Below, in pieces: positions 1 to 11,018 of a stretch of DNA of 64,000 nt (position 1 is its first letter; every line of letters starts with the position of its first letter). A program made the translations under genes and the position numbers. The notes under the pieces are model-generated. The model ran no database searches. It was not told the origin of the DNA and was given only the letters and a program-made list of their open reading frames with translations. The stretch is from assembly GCA_965248435.1 (NCBI GenBank), contig OZ252100.1, positions 4,896,001 through 4,960,000 of the forward strand. The letters are read 5' to 3'. Origin of the DNA: Candidatus Latescibacterota bacterium. Its GTDB lineage: Bacteria > Latescibacterota > UBA2968 > GCA-2709665.

Positions 1-467
1 TGGATGTCCTGCCTGGACGCTACACGACGATGTGGTTCGAGGCCACGAAGGCGGGCGTCTATCACCTTTTCTGCGCGGAGTACTGCGGCACAAAACACTC
101 CAAGATGATCGGACAGGTGATCGCGATGGAGCCTGCCGACTACTCCGCGTGGCTGGGCGGTGAATCCGGGGAACCGATGGAGGTCGCAGGAGAACGTCTG
201 TTCCAGGAGCGCGGCTGTGCGACCTGTCACCGAGACGACAAGGAGGGACGCGGTCCGGCGCTGGACGGGCTGTTCGGTGAGACGCTTCGGCTGCAGGGCG
301 GTGGGACCGTGGTGATGGATGAGGGCTACATACGGGAGTCGATCTTGAATCCAAATGCGAGGCTGATGGTGGGCTACAAGCCGCTCATGCCCGCGTTCGC
401 TGGTCAGATCAGCGAGGAAGGTATACTGCAGCTCATCGCCTACATCAAGTCGCTCGGAGAGGATTGA
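1..467 (+). CDS. coxB: Cytochrome c oxidase subunit II with fused C-terminal cytochrome c (caa3 type), 5' part outside the window
   Basis: CuA motif [12 protein letters not shown] followed by heme motif CATCH; directly upstream of subunit I. Confidence 0.95.
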   Translation, partial: DVLPGRYTTMWFEATKAGVYHLFCAEYCGTKHSKMIGQVIAMEPADYSAWLGGESGEPMEVAGERLFQERGCATCHRDDKEGRGPALDGLFGETLRLQGGGTVVMDEGYIRESILNPNARLMVGYKPLMPAFAGQISEEGILQLIAYIKSLGED

Positions 468-488
468 TATGGACAGGGGGCCCGGAAG

Positions 489-2135
489 ATGAGTTCGGCA
501 GCACCCGAACAGGCTGGAGTGAAACGCACCTCTCGTCTGAACTACCTGACCGCTGACTACGGGATCCGGTCGTGGCTCCTGGCGACGGACCACAAGCGCA
601 TCGCGCTCCTGTATCTGGTGTCGATTACGCTCTTCTTCATTCTGGGCGGTCTTTTCGCTGTCCTGATCCGCCTGGAACTGCTGACGCCGCAGGGCGACCT
701 GATGCAGGCCGAGACCTACAACAGGATGTTTACGATGCACGGGGTCATGATGATCTTCTTCTTCCTGATCCCGTCCATCCCGGCCGTACTGGGGAACTTT
801 CTGATCCCGATCATGATCGGTGCGAAGGACCTTGCCTTCCCGAGGGTGAATCTGCTCAGCTGGTACATCTACACCATCGGGGGGGGCCTTGCGTTGTGGG
901 CCATGGCGGCAGGAGGCGTAGACACAGGATGGACTTTTTACACGCCCTACAGCAGTACGTACTCCAATTCACACGTGATCCTGACGGCCCTTGGCGCCTT
1001 CACCGCCGGGTTTTCTTCGATCCTGACGGGACTCAACTTCATCGTCACGATCCACAAGATGCGGGCGCCAGGAATGACCTGGTTCCGGCTGCCCCTGTTC
1101 GTCTGGGCGCACTATGCGACGAGCATCATCCAGATTCTGGGGACGCCGGTCCTGGCGATTACGATCGTACTTGTCGCCCTGGAAAGGGCTTTCCGGATCG
1201 GCGTGTTCGATCCAGCCCTTGGCGGGGATCCCGTGCTGTTTCAACATCTGTTCTGGTTCTACTCTCACCCCGCAGTCTACATCATGATCCTTCCGGGGAT
1301 GGGCGTGGTGAGCGAACTCGTGACCTGTTACTCCCGAAAGCGAATCTTCGGCTATCGTTTCATCGCGTTCTCCAGCCTTGCGATCGCCGTGCTCGGGTTC
1401 CTGGTGTGGGGACACCATATGTTCGTGAGCAGCCAGTCCATCTACGCGGGTATGGTCTTCTCCGTGCTGAGCTTTCTCGTGGCGGTCCCTTCGGCCATCA
1501 AGGTCTTCAACTGGACGGCCACGCTCTACAAAGGTTCTATCTCGTATGAATCTCCCATGCTTTACGCCATGGGTTTCATCGGTCTGTTCACTTTCGGGGG
1601 CTTGACGGGGCTCTTTCTGTCCTCCCTGGCGATGGACATCCATCTTCACGACACCTATTTCATCGTGGCCCACTTTCACTACATCATGGTCGGCGGGGCC
1701 ATTATGGCCTATTTGGGTGGGATCCATTTCTGGTGGCCAAAAATCGTCGGCCGGCTCTACCCCGAAGGGTGGGCGCGCTTTTCGGCGCTCATGATCTATG
1801 TGGGGTTCAACCTGACTTTTTTCCCTCAGTTCATCCTGGGATACCTTGGTATGCCGAGACGGTACCACGCCTATCCGGATGAGTTCCAGGTTCTGAACGT
1901 GATGTCGACCGCGGGTGCATCGATCCTCGCGGTCGGATACGTCATCCCGCTCGTCTACCTGCTCTGGTCGCTGCGCTACGGAAAGGTTGCCGGTCCGAAT
2001 CCGTGGGGGGCGAGGGGGCTGGAGTGGCAGACGCACTCGCCGCCGCCGACGTTCAACTTCGACGAGACGCCTGTCGTGACGCAGGAAGCCTACGCATACG
2101 ATGTCGAGATCGGGGAGGAGGCTAAGCGTGCCTGA
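489..2135 (+). CDS. ctaD: Cytochrome c oxidase subunit I (A2 subtype)
   Basis: [37 protein letters not shown] and GMPRRY motifs. Confidence 0.97.
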   Translation: MSSAAPEQAGVKRTSRLNYLTADYGIRSWLLATDHKRIALLYLVSITLFFILGGLFAVLIRLELLTPQGDLMQAETYNRMFTMHGVMMIFFFLIPSIPAVLGNFLIPIMIGAKDLAFPRVNLLSWYIYTIGGGLALWAMAAGGVDTGWTFYTPYSSTYSNSHVILTALGAFTAGFSSILTGLNFIVTIHKMRAPGMTWFRLPLFVWAHYATSIIQILGTPVLAITIVLVALERAFRIGVFDPALGGDPVLFQHLFWFYSHPAVYIMILPGMGVVSELVTCYSRKRIFGYRFIAFSSLAIAVLGFLVWGHHMFVSSQSIYAGMVFSVLSFLVAVPSAIKVFNWTATLYKGSISYESPMLYAMGFIGLFTFGGLTGLFLSSLAMDIHLHDTYFIVAHFHYIMVGGAIMAYLGGIHFWWPKIVGRLYPEGWARFSALMIYVGFNLTFFPQFILGYLGMPRRYHAYPDEFQVLNVMSTAGASILAVGYVIPLVYLLWSLRYGKVAGPNPWGARGLEWQTHSPPPTFNFDETPVVTQEAYAYDVEIGEEAKRA

Positions 2136-2769
2136 ACACCCGGCCCTTGCCCATCATTTCGAGGACATGGACCAACAGAAGGAGTGCGCCACGCTGGGGA
2201 TGTGGGCGTTTCTGGTCACAGAGGTGCTCTTCTTCGGCGGACTGTTCACGGTCTACATGGTCTACCGATTCTCATACCCGGCGGCGTTCGCTGAGGGCAG
2301 TCATCACCTGGACATCGCGCTTGGCGGGTTCAACACCGCAGTCCTGATCGGGAGCAGCTTGACGATGGCGTTTGCCGTACGCGCAGGACAGCGGGGCAAT
2401 CCGAGGCATATCGTGATTTTTTTGTTGTTGACGATGCTCCTGGGCGGGGTGTTTCTGGGCGTGAAGGCGGTTGAGTACTCGCACAAGTGGCACGAGCATC
2501 TCGTGCCTGGTAAGTATTTCCAGTATGAAGGGCCACTGTCCGGCCAGGTCCAGCTTTTCTTCGCGCTCTACTTCGCGATGACGGGGATGCACGCCTTACA
2601 CATGGTGATCGGTGCCGGGCTGATGATCTGGCTGATTGTGAAGACGCTTCGAGGCCGCTTTTCCGCGGCCTATTATTCTCCGGTAGAGATGGTCGGGCTC
2701 TACTGGCACTTCGTGGACATCGTCTGGATCTTCCTTTTCCCACTCCTATACTTGATCGGGCGACACTGA
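2128..2769 (+). CDS. ctaE: Cytochrome c oxidase subunit III
   Basis: [31 protein letters not shown]; GTG start overlaps the subunit I stop. Confidence 0.93.
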   Translation: MPEHPALAHHFEDMDQQKECATLGMWAFLVTEVLFFGGLFTVYMVYRFSYPAAFAEGSHHLDIALGGFNTAVLIGSSLTMAFAVRAGQRGNPRHIVIFLLLTMLLGGVFLGVKAVEYSHKWHEHLVPGKYFQYEGPLSGQVQLFFALYFAMTGMHALHMVIGAGLMIWLIVKTLRGRFSAAYYSPVEMVGLYWHFVDIVWIFLFPLLYLIGRH

Positions 2770-3086
2770 TGTCGGACCACTCGATCCCCAAATCGGTCTA
2801 CTATCTGATATTTCTTGCACTCCTCGTCTTTACGGGTGTGACGATTGCCGTGGCCTTCGTAGACCTGGGTCCTCTGAACACGGTGGTGGCGATTTCGATC
2901 GCTGTGTTCAAGGGCCTCCTGGTCGTGCTCTACTTCATGCACGTGCGATACAGCAGCCGGCTGACGTGGGTATTTGCGGGCGCGGGGTTCTTCTGGCTGA
3001 TCATTCTGTTTGTGTTGACGATGGCCGATTTTGTGAGCAGAGACTGGTTGAGTCTTCCGATCAGCGATTTTCTTTCTCAGCGATAA
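2769..3086 (+). CDS. Cytochrome c oxidase subunit IV (CtaF/CyoD-like)
   Basis: Small three-TM protein with IAVFKGLLVVLYFMHV; coupled by TGATG to subunit III. Confidence 0.88.
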   Translation: MSDHSIPKSVYYLIFLALLVFTGVTIAVAFVDLGPLNTVVAISIAVFKGLLVVLYFMHVRYSSRLTWVFAGAGFFWLIILFVLTMADFVSRDWLSLPISDFLSQR

Positions 3087-3190
3087 ACTCGGGAAGTTCT
3101 TTTCGTGGATGGGGAGGCATTTGTTATGCCTCCCTGTTTACATGTATAGATGTATCGACGGGAGTCTTTTTCGATTAGGAGCTTGAGGAC

Positions 3191-3985
3191 ATGCGAAGCA
3201 ATCGACTTCGAGAACGATTGAATGCAGGCGAGCCCAGCCTGGGAACGCGAATCCAGATCATCGATCCGATCATTGTGGAGCTGATCGGCCACTCCGGACA
3301 GTTCGATTACGTCGAGTTTGTGGCCGAGTATGCGCCGTATGATCTCCACCTCCTCGAGAACCTGGGTCGTACGGTCGAACTTTTCGACTCGATGACCTCA
3401 ATGATGAAAGTGGAGCAGGAACTTCGGGCCTATCTCGCATCACGCGCGATCGGTGCGGGGATTCAGAACGTCCTCTATTCAGATGTGAGGACCGTGGCGG
3501 ATGTGCAAGATTGCGTGCGCGCCGTGAGGGCTGAAACGCCTGGAACGGGCGGCCAGCACGGCACCTCCCTGCGTCGCGGTGCGGGATTCGTCCAGGATTA
3601 CGGCGCTCCAGCCTTTGTTCAGGCGATGGAGGACGTGGTGATCGCGCTGATGATCGAGAAGGCCGAAGCGATCGAAGATCTGGAGGCACTGCTTTCGGTC
3701 AAAGGGGTCGATATGGTCCAGTTCGGACCCGGGGACTATTCGTTGAGCATCGGGCACCCCGGGCAGTACGATCATCCAGAGGTAGTTAAGGCGGAAGCGC
3801 ACGTGATCGAGACCGCGTTAAAGATGGGGATCGCTCCACGGGCAGAGATCTACACCCCCGAGCAAGCAGACAAGTACATCGAAATGGGTGTGAAGCACTT
3901 CTGCATCGGTCTGGATGTCTTCCTCCTGCGAGACTGGTTCAAGTCGGCCGGGAAGAGGATGGGGGAAATTCTGGCCAAGCTGTAG
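3191..3985 (+). CDS. HpcH/HpaI aldolase family protein
   Basis: FDYVEFVAEY, MIEK..AIEDLE, FGPGDYSLSIG motifs. Confidence 0.85.
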   Translation: MRSNRLRERLNAGEPSLGTRIQIIDPIIVELIGHSGQFDYVEFVAEYAPYDLHLLENLGRTVELFDSMTSMMKVEQELRAYLASRAIGAGIQNVLYSDVRTVADVQDCVRAVRAETPGTGGQHGTSLRRGAGFVQDYGAPAFVQAMEDVVIALMIEKAEAIEDLEALLSVKGVDMVQFGPGDYSLSIGHPGQYDHPEVVKAEAHVIETALKMGIAPRAEIYTPEQADKYIEMGVKHFCIGLDVFLLRDWFKSAGKRMGEILAKL

Positions 3986-3986
3986 T

Positions 3987-4034
3987 CCGGGTACCGGGTA
4001 CTGAGAATCCGGGGATCGTGGATCGTGCGTCGTG
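3987..4034 (+). repeat. Degenerate heptamer repeats (CCGGGTA and GATCGTG) after a stop codon
   Basis: ccgggtaccgggta...gatcgtggatcgtg; same units recur at 15745, 40356, 43441, 44543 and 46589. Confidence 0.6.
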
Positions 4035-4119
4035 TCCTTTCGGACACGACAGGATCGTCGTTCGGCGTATCATATTCGGGGACCGGATCGAATGGTAGTA
4101 TTCGGGTAAATAAAGAGCC

Positions 4120-4144
4120 GTAAGGGCGAACCTTGTGTTCGCCC
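4120..4144 (+). repeat. GTAG-family REP-like palindrome (GTAA variant)
   Basis: gtaa gggcgaac cttgt gttcgccc. Confidence 0.55.
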
Positions 4145-4184
4145 CAGACCAATGCAGGGCCCAATTCAATGGGTCCCCAATAAC

Positions 4185-5357
4185 ATGCGCGCATTCAATT
4201 ACGAAAAGCTAACCAGCGCGATGCGTGACGCCGGCATCGACCTGCTGCTGGCAAGCAGCCAGGCCAGTGTCGGCTACCTGGCCGATCTGACCTGGTACCC
4301 CTCTATAAATCCCAGCTACCTGAGTGAGGACGGCCGAACCTACTACGCCAGCTTCGTGGGTCTGCTGCCCGACGGGCCGGAATCTGCCTTCTTCATCGGT
4401 TTCTCGAACGAGTCTATGGTTGTCGAGTGGCAGGACCCGTGGATTAAAGACCGGAGATATGCCGGGGCCAGCTTCCACGTGGAGGGCGGGGGTGATGATG
4501 TCGGGGGAGCGGCCGACCCAGCCAAAGTATTGGCTCAAACCATCACGGAAAAGGGTGCCGAGAACGGCAACATCGGGATCGAGTGGGAGCAGATACGGGT
4601 GGGGACGTTCGAGAGGCTCAAGCGGCTTCTGCCGAACACGACTTTTCAGGATTGCGATGAGATCCTATGGGAACTTCGTGCGGTGAAGTGCGAGGAAGAG
4701 ATCGCGCGAATGAGAAAGGCGGCCGAGGGTTGCAGTCTCGCGGCGGACGAGGCCTATCGAGGGCTCGAGGAAGGCATGACCGAGCTGGAATGGGAGCGCG
4801 TCGTCGTCGACCGGATCCAGAAGGCTGAATTAAGACACGAATACACCGAGATCGCCTTCGGCCCGAAGGGCGCCTACCTGGTGGAGCCGACGGACAACCG
4901 TCTTCAACGGGGCCACATGGCTCGATTGGACATCGGGGGGAGTTATCAGGGGTACCAATCCGACCTCTCGCGGTCCATGGCCTTCGGGAAGGTGAGCGAA
5001 GATGCCCGGAAGGCACAAGCTTCGATAATCCGGATCAATCAGGCCCTTCGTTCGGCGGTCCGGCCGGGTGTGAAATGCTCGGAACTCTACCGGACGTGCA
5101 TGGGGATGTTCGCTGATGAAGGGCTCACCTCGTTGACGAGCCAGGCCGGGCACGCCCTCGGACGCGCGGTGCACGAGCCGCCGTTCCTGGTCGAGTCGAA
5201 TGAAAGGGCCCTGGAACCGGGCATGGTCATCAACGTGGAGCCGACGGTGCGCATCAAGGGCATCGGGTCCGTGAATATCGAAGATACGCTCGTGGTTCGA
5301 GAGGGTGAGCCCGAGTGCCTGACGACGGTGCCGAGGGAACTGGAACATTATGGATGA
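4185..5357 (+). CDS. M24 family (Xaa-Pro) peptidase
   Basis: LRAVKCEEEI, LDIGGSYQGYQSD, GHALG, EP..R..IED metal-ligand pattern; start could be 4152. Confidence 0.88.
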   Translation: MRAFNYEKLTSAMRDAGIDLLLASSQASVGYLADLTWYPSINPSYLSEDGRTYYASFVGLLPDGPESAFFIGFSNESMVVEWQDPWIKDRRYAGASFHVEGGGDDVGGAADPAKVLAQTITEKGAENGNIGIEWEQIRVGTFERLKRLLPNTTFQDCDEILWELRAVKCEEEIARMRKAAEGCSLAADEAYRGLEEGMTELEWERVVVDRIQKAELRHEYTEIAFGPKGAYLVEPTDNRLQRGHMARLDIGGSYQGYQSDLSRSMAFGKVSEDARKAQASIIRINQALRSAVRPGVKCSELYRTCMGMFADEGLTSLTSQAGHALGRAVHEPPFLVESNERALEPGMVINVEPTVRIKGIGSVNIEDTLVVREGEPECLTTVPRELEHYG

Positions 5358-5367
5358 AGAAAGGCGC

Positions 5368-5467
5368 GAGTGTTGGGAATTGGAGTAATGGAGTAATGGG
5401 ATGGCAAGGTTAGAATGTCAGTTGTCCAATACTCCAACACTCCACTACTGCAATACTCCAGAATCGC
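5368..5467. repeat. Octamer-repeat hairpin element (GGAGTAAT / ATACTCCA)
   Basis: Tandem ggagtaat units followed by inverted atactcca units ending ctgcaatactccagaatcgc. Confidence 0.8.
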
Positions 5468-5483
5468 GGAGAATGACGCGGCA

Positions 5484-6560
5484 ATGTCTACTGAACTTAA
5501 AATCGTGAGGTTAGACGCTAAAATCTTTCCAGTTCATCCGCTTGAGACAGAGCTGTATAAGCTGTATGGACTCGATCCCATAGAAGTTGAGGTGAAAACA
5601 CCGCAGGAAATCTTACAGGCTTGCGCTGACGCCGATATTCTGATCAACGTCTCGACGCGGCTGTCGCGAGAAACGCTGGGAGGCCTTGAGAACTGTAGAC
5701 ATATCTCTCACACCGGGGTAGGAACGGACAAGACCGATGCCGACGCGGCCACGGATTTTCAAATCGTCGTGTCGAACGACCCCTGGTTCTGTGTGGAGGA
5801 TGTTGCGGACCACACGATGGCGATGATCCTTTCGCTCTCTCGAAAGCTGCCTCAAATGTCCGAATTGACGGATCGGGGCCGGTTTGGAGAGGCGCGTTCA
5901 TCGAGCAATGCATGCATCAGGCTGTCTGCCTGCGTGCTCGGGCTGGTCGGGTTCGGCTCCATCGGTAGAATCGTCGCACAGCGCGCAAAGGCGTTCGGCA
6001 TGCGCGTCCTGGCGACCTGTCGGGACATGGGTGATGCTAAGCGGTTGGTGGCACAGGATCTCGGGGTTGAATTGGTCGATCTGGGCACCCTGCTTTCCAC
6101 CTCCGATTACGTTTCGCTCCATCTGCCCCTCACGCCCGAAACGCATCACCTTCTGGATGAAATTGCGCTTGGAAAGATGAAGAATAAGGCATTTCTGATT
6201 AATACCGCACGCGGCGCAGTGGTGGATGAACTCGCGCTGGTCCGCGCCCTCAAGGAGGGGCGGCTGGCGGGCGCCGGCATCGACACATTTGAAAAGCTCG
6301 ACGTCAACAAAGAGATCGATCCCAACCCCAACCATCCGTTTTCTGAGCTGGACAACGTCATCGTTTCGCCCCACGTCGCCGGACTATCTGTGCAATCGAT
6401 GGAGACCTGGGCAAGGATCCAGGTAGAAAACCTCGTGTCCGTCGTGAACGGCCATTGGCCTTTTCCCGGAAACGTTGTAAACGAGACCGTAGTACCCAAG
6501 TTTCCGCTAGTGGAATATGATGAAACGATCTTTAAACATAGCCCGGTAGGACGAGCCTAA
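5484..6560 (+). CDS. D-isomer-specific 2-hydroxyacid dehydrogenase (CtBP-like)
   Basis: GLVGFGSIG, HLPLTPET, LINTARG, SPHVAG; start placed after the repeat. Confidence 0.9.
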   Translation: MSTELKIVRLDAKIFPVHPLETELYKLYGLDPIEVEVKTPQEILQACADADILINVSTRLSRETLGGLENCRHISHTGVGTDKTDADAATDFQIVVSNDPWFCVEDVADHTMAMILSLSRKLPQMSELTDRGRFGEARSSSNACIRLSACVLGLVGFGSIGRIVAQRAKAFGMRVLATCRDMGDAKRLVAQDLGVELVDLGTLLSTSDYVSLHLPLTPETHHLLDEIALGKMKNKAFLINTARGAVVDELALVRALKEGRLAGAGIDTFEKLDVNKEIDPNPNHPFSELDNVIVSPHVAGLSVQSMETWARIQVENLVSVVNGHWPFPGNVVNETVVPKFPLVEYDETIFKHSPVGRA

Positions 6561-6577
6561 GCAAAAGTGCACGAGTT

Positions 6578-6679
6578 CTGGGGGGAATGGAGTGTTGGAG
6601 TAATGGAGTATTGGGAAGACAGGCTTGAGTTTGGTTTCCCATTACTCCAGGACTCCAGTACTGCGATACTCCAGAATCG
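6578..6679. repeat. Octamer-repeat hairpin element, copy 2
   Basis: ggagtgttggagtaatggagtattggg...cccattactcc...gatactccagaatcg. Confidence 0.8.
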
Positions 6680-6743
6680 AAAAAAGTCTCGCCGTAGTTG
6701 AAAATCTGATAGATCCCGCTACTGATCCAACCAAGGAGACAGA

Positions 6744-7562
6744 ATGACAGGGGCTGAAATTTCGGAGAGACTCCACGACGGCAGGTATGTTTACGGGACA
6801 GCAATCCTTTCACCCTCTCCACTTTGGCCCGAGGCGGTTCGGAACACCGGTGTGGATTTCGTGTTCATCGACACGGAGCACGTGCCGATAGAGCGCACCA
6901 CGCTTTCGTGGATGTGCAATACGTATAGGGCCCTGGACATTCCACCGATCGTTCGCATCCCCAGTCCTGATCCCGTGGCGGCAGAGATGGCGCTCGATGG
7001 AGGAGCGACAGGGATCATTGCTCCATACGTCGAGTCCGCAGATGAGGTCCGTGAATTGGTAGGAGCGGTGAAGTTGCGTCCCCTGAGAGGAAAACTCAGG
7101 CGTGACGTCCTGGATGACCGGGCGACGTTGAATTCCGAGACGGACGATTATATCAAAGATCGAAACGCGAATAGTGTGCTAATTGCGAACGTGGAGAGTG
7201 TCCCGGCTATGGACCGGCTTGATGAGATATTGGACGTCGAGGGGCTTGACGCCGTCCTGATCGGTCCGCACGATCTCTCCGTCAGTCTGGGAATTCCTGA
7301 AAAGTACGGAGATCCTCTGTTCGACCGTGCCGTCAGAGAGATCTATCGGAAGGCGCGGGAGAAGGGGATCGGCGCAGGGATCCACTTCTTCTGGGAAGGG
7401 CTCGATCTGGAAATCGAGTGGGCCAAGGCGGGCGGCAACCTGGTCATTCACAGCGCAGATTATCTGATCTTCGAAGAAACTCTGCGGAAGGATCTGAACA
7501 AGATTCGGGAGGCGCTTGGCGGGGACGCGAGTTCAGGAACAGAAGGAAATCTAATCGTGTAG
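6744..7562 (+). CDS. HpcH/HpaI aldolase family protein
   Basis: DFVFIDTEH, ALDGGATG, IGPHDLSVSLG. Confidence 0.88.
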   Translation: MTGAEISERLHDGRYVYGTAILSPSPLWPEAVRNTGVDFVFIDTEHVPIERTTLSWMCNTYRALDIPPIVRIPSPDPVAAEMALDGGATGIIAPYVESADEVRELVGAVKLRPLRGKLRRDVLDDRATLNSETDDYIKDRNANSVLIANVESVPAMDRLDEILDVEGLDAVLIGPHDLSVSLGIPEKYGDPLFDRAVREIYRKAREKGIGAGIHFFWEGLDLEIEWAKAGGNLVIHSADYLIFEETLRKDLNKIREALGGDASSGTEGNLIV

Positions 7563-7584
7563 AGACGTCCCGGTGGGGCGTCTC
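7559..7584 (+). repeat. GTAG REP palindrome overlapping the stop codon
   Basis: gta gagacgtccc ggt ggggcgtctc; related copies at 34961 and 60149. Confidence 0.75.
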
Positions 7585-7633
7585 TTGCCCGTCGGGGCGT
7601 CTAACCCACAACGGTCTTTTGGAAGGACATCTC

Positions 7634-8041
7634 ATGGCCACAGAATCGACGACGCAGCCCCACCTGGTATCGCTCGCCCCGCAGTTTCTCGTGGATGACC
7701 TTCAGCAGTCGATCGCCTACTACCGGGACAAGATTGGCTTCAAGGTCGACTTTGTCTACGATGATTTCTACGCAGGGATAAGTCGCGACGGCCTCGTGAT
7801 TCACCTGAAGTGGGCGCCGAAGACCGTGGAGGATCGTGCACATCGGAAGAACAACGAGCACCTCGACGCGAGCGCTGGCGTGGAGGGCGTCGAGGCCTTG
7901 CACGAGGAGTTCGAAGCGAACGGGGCCACCATCATCAAGCCGATCGGCGAACGCCCTTGGGGGACAACCGACTTTTACGTGGAGGATCCGGATGGCTACA
8001 TCATCTGCTTCGGAGGAGTGGGTTCACAGCAGAAGCGCTGA
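7634..8041 (+). CDS. VOC/glyoxalase family protein
   Basis: VDDLQQSIAYYRDKIGF...PWGTTDFYVEDPDG; RBS aagga before ATG 7634. Confidence 0.88.
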   Translation: MATESTTQPHLVSLAPQFLVDDLQQSIAYYRDKIGFKVDFVYDDFYAGISRDGLVIHLKWAPKTVEDRAHRKNNEHLDASAGVEGVEALHEEFEANGATIIKPIGERPWGTTDFYVEDPDGYIICFGGVGSQQKR

Positions 8042-8060
8042 GAAAACGAGCAAAAAACGC

Positions 8061-8171
8061 GAGTGTTGGGGGGATGGAGTGTTGGAGTAATGGAGTATCG
8101 AGGAAACAGGGCCACGGTTTTTGTCTTTCCCAATACTCCATCGCTCCAGTACTGCATTACTCCAGGATCGC
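8061..8171. repeat. Octamer-repeat hairpin element, copy 3
   Basis: Same units and the same 3' end ctgcattactccaggatcgc; lies between convergent genes. Confidence 0.8.
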
Positions 8172-8200
8172 GGTGCTGATGGCCTCACCAACAGCGATGA

Positions 8201-8599
8201 TTACGCTTCCACAGTTCTAACGTCAACGTGCCTACTTCGAGGCCCATCGAACTCGCAGAAAAAGATGCCCTGCCACGTACCCAGCTGTAGACGGCTATCT
8301 CGAACGAAAATCGTCTCAGAAGTCCCGAAAAAACAGGCCTTGATGTGGGCCGCCGAGTTGCCTTCCATGTGCCGGTATTCTGGATCACGCAGCGGGATCA
8401 GTTTGTCGACCGCGAGCAGGATGTCGTGGGCGACCATCGGATCGGCGTTTTCGTTTATGGTGACGGCGGCCGTCGTATGGGGCACGTAGACGTGGCAGAT
8501 GCCGCTGACGATGCCGCTCTTCGTGACGGCTTCCTGTATCTGTTCTGTGATCCCCAGGAGCTCAGTCTGCCGGTTTGTTCGAACATCGATTCGAGTCAT
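8201..8599 (-). CDS. yjbQ: YjbQ family protein (UPF0047)
   Basis: VPHTTAAVTINENADP, EGNSAAHIK, LGTWQGIFFCEFDGPR. Confidence 0.92.
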   Translation of the reverse strand: MTRIDVRTNRQTELLGITEQIQEAVTKSGIVSGICHVYVPHTTAAVTINENADPMVAHDILLAVDKLIPLRDPEYRHMEGNSAAHIKACFFGTSETIFVRDSRLQLGTWQGIFFCEFDGPRSRHVDVRTVEA

Positions 8600-8666
8600 G
8601 GTTCACCAATTGGAAAGTTGCCGATTGTCTGTGGATTGGGCCACAAGATGATATTTTGATCGAGGG

Positions 8667-9293
8667 TTGTCAAGGTTGAGCGCCACGAGAATTCTACTGA
8701 CGGGGTTTGGTCCCTTTGGGGATTGGGAACGCAATCCCGCGGGGGAGATCGCGGAGTCCCTTTCAGGTGCTACGGTGGGCGGCTGTGAGGTCGTTTCGGT
8801 TGTCCTGCCGGTGATCTACGGCGAGGATGTGGAGGGGGTTCTGCCGATGATCGAGGAGCACGGACCCCTCGCGGTGGTCTCCCTCGGAATGGCTGGAAAT
8901 CGCCCGTCGATCCGTGTGGAGCGTGTGGCACTCAATCTAAGGGATGACGAAGAGGGGACCGGTAAGGAGGAGCGACCGATCGTCGCCGATGGTCCCGCTT
9001 CTTATTTCTCCACTCTGCCTACGAGAGAAATTGTGTCCGGTATCCAGGCGGTCGATCTGGAGGCCGGCCTGTCCTATTTCGCAGGGACCTACCTCTGCAA
9101 TCATCTCATGTATTCGACGCTGCACGACTTCGCGGAGCGTGATCTGCAGATTCCCACAGGTTTCATCCACGTACCCCGCCTGCCGGAGCAGGCCGAGGAT
9201 CGTCCTGGTCTCGAAACGGGGATGACGCTGGAACGCTCCACGAAGGGGGTCGTCGCCGCTCTGGAGGCCGTGGTCCATCGATTGATGGAATGA
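8667..9293 (+). CDS. pcp: Pyroglutamyl-peptidase I
   Basis: LLTGFGPFG, VERVALN, AGTYLCN, GFIHVP. Confidence 0.92.
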   Translation: MSRLSATRILLTGFGPFGDWERNPAGEIAESLSGATVGGCEVVSVVLPVIYGEDVEGVLPMIEEHGPLAVVSLGMAGNRPSIRVERVALNLRDDEEGTGKEERPIVADGPASYFSTLPTREIVSGIQAVDLEAGLSYFAGTYLCNHLMYSTLHDFAERDLQIPTGFIHVPRLPEQAEDRPGLETGMTLERSTKGVVAALEAVVHRLME

Positions 9294-9388
9294 TCTGCGG
9301 GCGTCTGAACGTTCGTTCTACGCAAGGGGACTTCGCTATACTGCATTGGTCGGAACGCGGGCGACGATCGATTTGGAAGATACCGCGA

Positions 9389-10939
9389 ATGAATGCACAA
9401 GAAAAGGAGAGAGCGTTGGAGACCGGTTGGAACGTTCGAAGTTACGGTGCGAAAGGGGACAAGCAGGCCAACGATAAGAGCGCCATCCAACAGGCCGTCG
9501 ACGACTGCAATCAGGCCGGCGGGGGCGCAGTGGTGGTGCCTTCGGGAGATTACCTCACCGGGACGATTCGCCTCAAAGACCACGTGACGCTGCAGCTGGA
9601 AGCTGGCGCCACGCTGTGGGGCAGCACCGACCGGGCCGACTACGACGACGTGCCCCACCTTGCTGAGGCCATAAGGGGGTCTTCCGCGGTCCTTATCTAC
9701 GCCAAAGGCGCACAGAATGTGTCCATTCTCGGTCCCGGCTGCATCGACGGGCAGGGGGAGGCCTTCTGGGTGCGGAAGGAAAACGGGTGGCACAAGGCGG
9801 AGTGGCGTCCCGGACGCCTGATCTACTTTGAAGAGTGCCGGGACGTGCTGATGCGGGATTTCACGGCGGCCAACTCGCCCTCGTTCACGATTCACCCATT
9901 CCGGTGCGACAGGGTACTGATCTCGGGGGTGAAAATTCTGAACGATATTCTCGGGCCCAATACGGACGGGATCGATACGAACTGTTCGACGAACGTGCAC
10001 ATCTCCGACTGTCACATTATCGCTGGAGACGACTGCATCGTCATGAAGGCCACAGAGCCGTATGTGTGCGAGAACATCACAGTGACGAACTGCACGCTGG
10101 AGACGACGTCTTCGGGGCTGAAGCTGGGCACGGAAAGTTTCGGGAACATCCGTCACGTGACGTTCAGCAACTGCACGATTCGGAACACACATTTGGGGAT
10201 CGGGCTTCTTATGAAGGATGGGGGCACGATAGAGGCGGTGACCTTTTCCAACATCACGATCGAGACGAAGCCCAGCCCGAAAACGGGTGCCTCCGAGTGG
10301 CCGATTCTGATAGATCTGGAGCGGCGGGGTCCGGACTCGAGAACGGGGGCAATCCGGGACGTGAAGCTGAGCAATATCGTAATCTCGACCGGCGGGCGGT
10401 GCTTGGCACAGGGAATGAAATCGCAGCCGATCGAGCGACTGGCGATCGAGAATGTGACGGTGCGGGTGACCAGATTTCAAGACCTGAACCAGATTTCGAA
10501 ACACCGAGGCGGTCGGATTCGGTGGGACGACCCCGACGGCGGACAGCACGCGGCGGCGCCTGCGCACATGGTGTTCTCGAACGTGAAGGGTTTGAAGCTT
10601 CGGGACGTGGAGGTGGTGGTGGATGCCGAAGGTGAACTTCCGGAGCGGTCGGCGGTGTTTGCCGACAGGGTGGCAGGCATGAGGATCGAAGGATTCGGGG
10701 GACGTCAGAGCGTGCCGAAGGGCACCTCTCCAGCTCTGCACCTGCAAAATTGCCGGGACGTGCATATCACCGGCTCTCGGGCGGCTGCTGAAACGGGGAC
10801 GTTCTTACAGCTGGATGGAACGGAGACGGCGAACGTCTGTATGATGGGCAACAATCTGGCAGCTGTCGGACAGGCCGTAAGTCTGGGTGACGGCGTGTCA
10901 GAAGATACCCTTTTTGAGTCCGGCAACCGCAAAGCGTAG
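9389..10939 (+). CDS. Glycoside hydrolase family 28 (polygalacturonase-like) beta-helix protein
   Basis: YGAKGD, AIQQAVD, PNTDGID, GDDCI, LKLGTES. Confidence 0.88.
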   Translation: MNAQEKERALETGWNVRSYGAKGDKQANDKSAIQQAVDDCNQAGGGAVVVPSGDYLTGTIRLKDHVTLQLEAGATLWGSTDRADYDDVPHLAEAIRGSSAVLIYAKGAQNVSILGPGCIDGQGEAFWVRKENGWHKAEWRPGRLIYFEECRDVLMRDFTAANSPSFTIHPFRCDRVLISGVKILNDILGPNTDGIDTNCSTNVHISDCHIIAGDDCIVMKATEPYVCENITVTNCTLETTSSGLKLGTESFGNIRHVTFSNCTIRNTHLGIGLLMKDGGTIEAVTFSNITIETKPSPKTGASEWPILIDLERRGPDSRTGAIRDVKLSNIVISTGGRCLAQGMKSQPIERLAIENVTVRVTRFQDLNQISKHRGGRIRWDDPDGGQHAAAPAHMVFSNVKGLKLRDVEVVVDAEGELPERSAVFADRVAGMRIEGFGGRQSVPKGTSPALHLQNCRDVHITGSRAAAETGTFLQLDGTETANVCMMGNNLAAVGQAVSLGDGVSEDTLFESGNRKA

Positions 10940-11018
10940 GAGACCGTGGCCCATCGATTCGATGGAACGATCTGTTGGCGTCTGAGCTTCCGCCGCCTTG
11001 TCTTTGGGATTATCGAAT

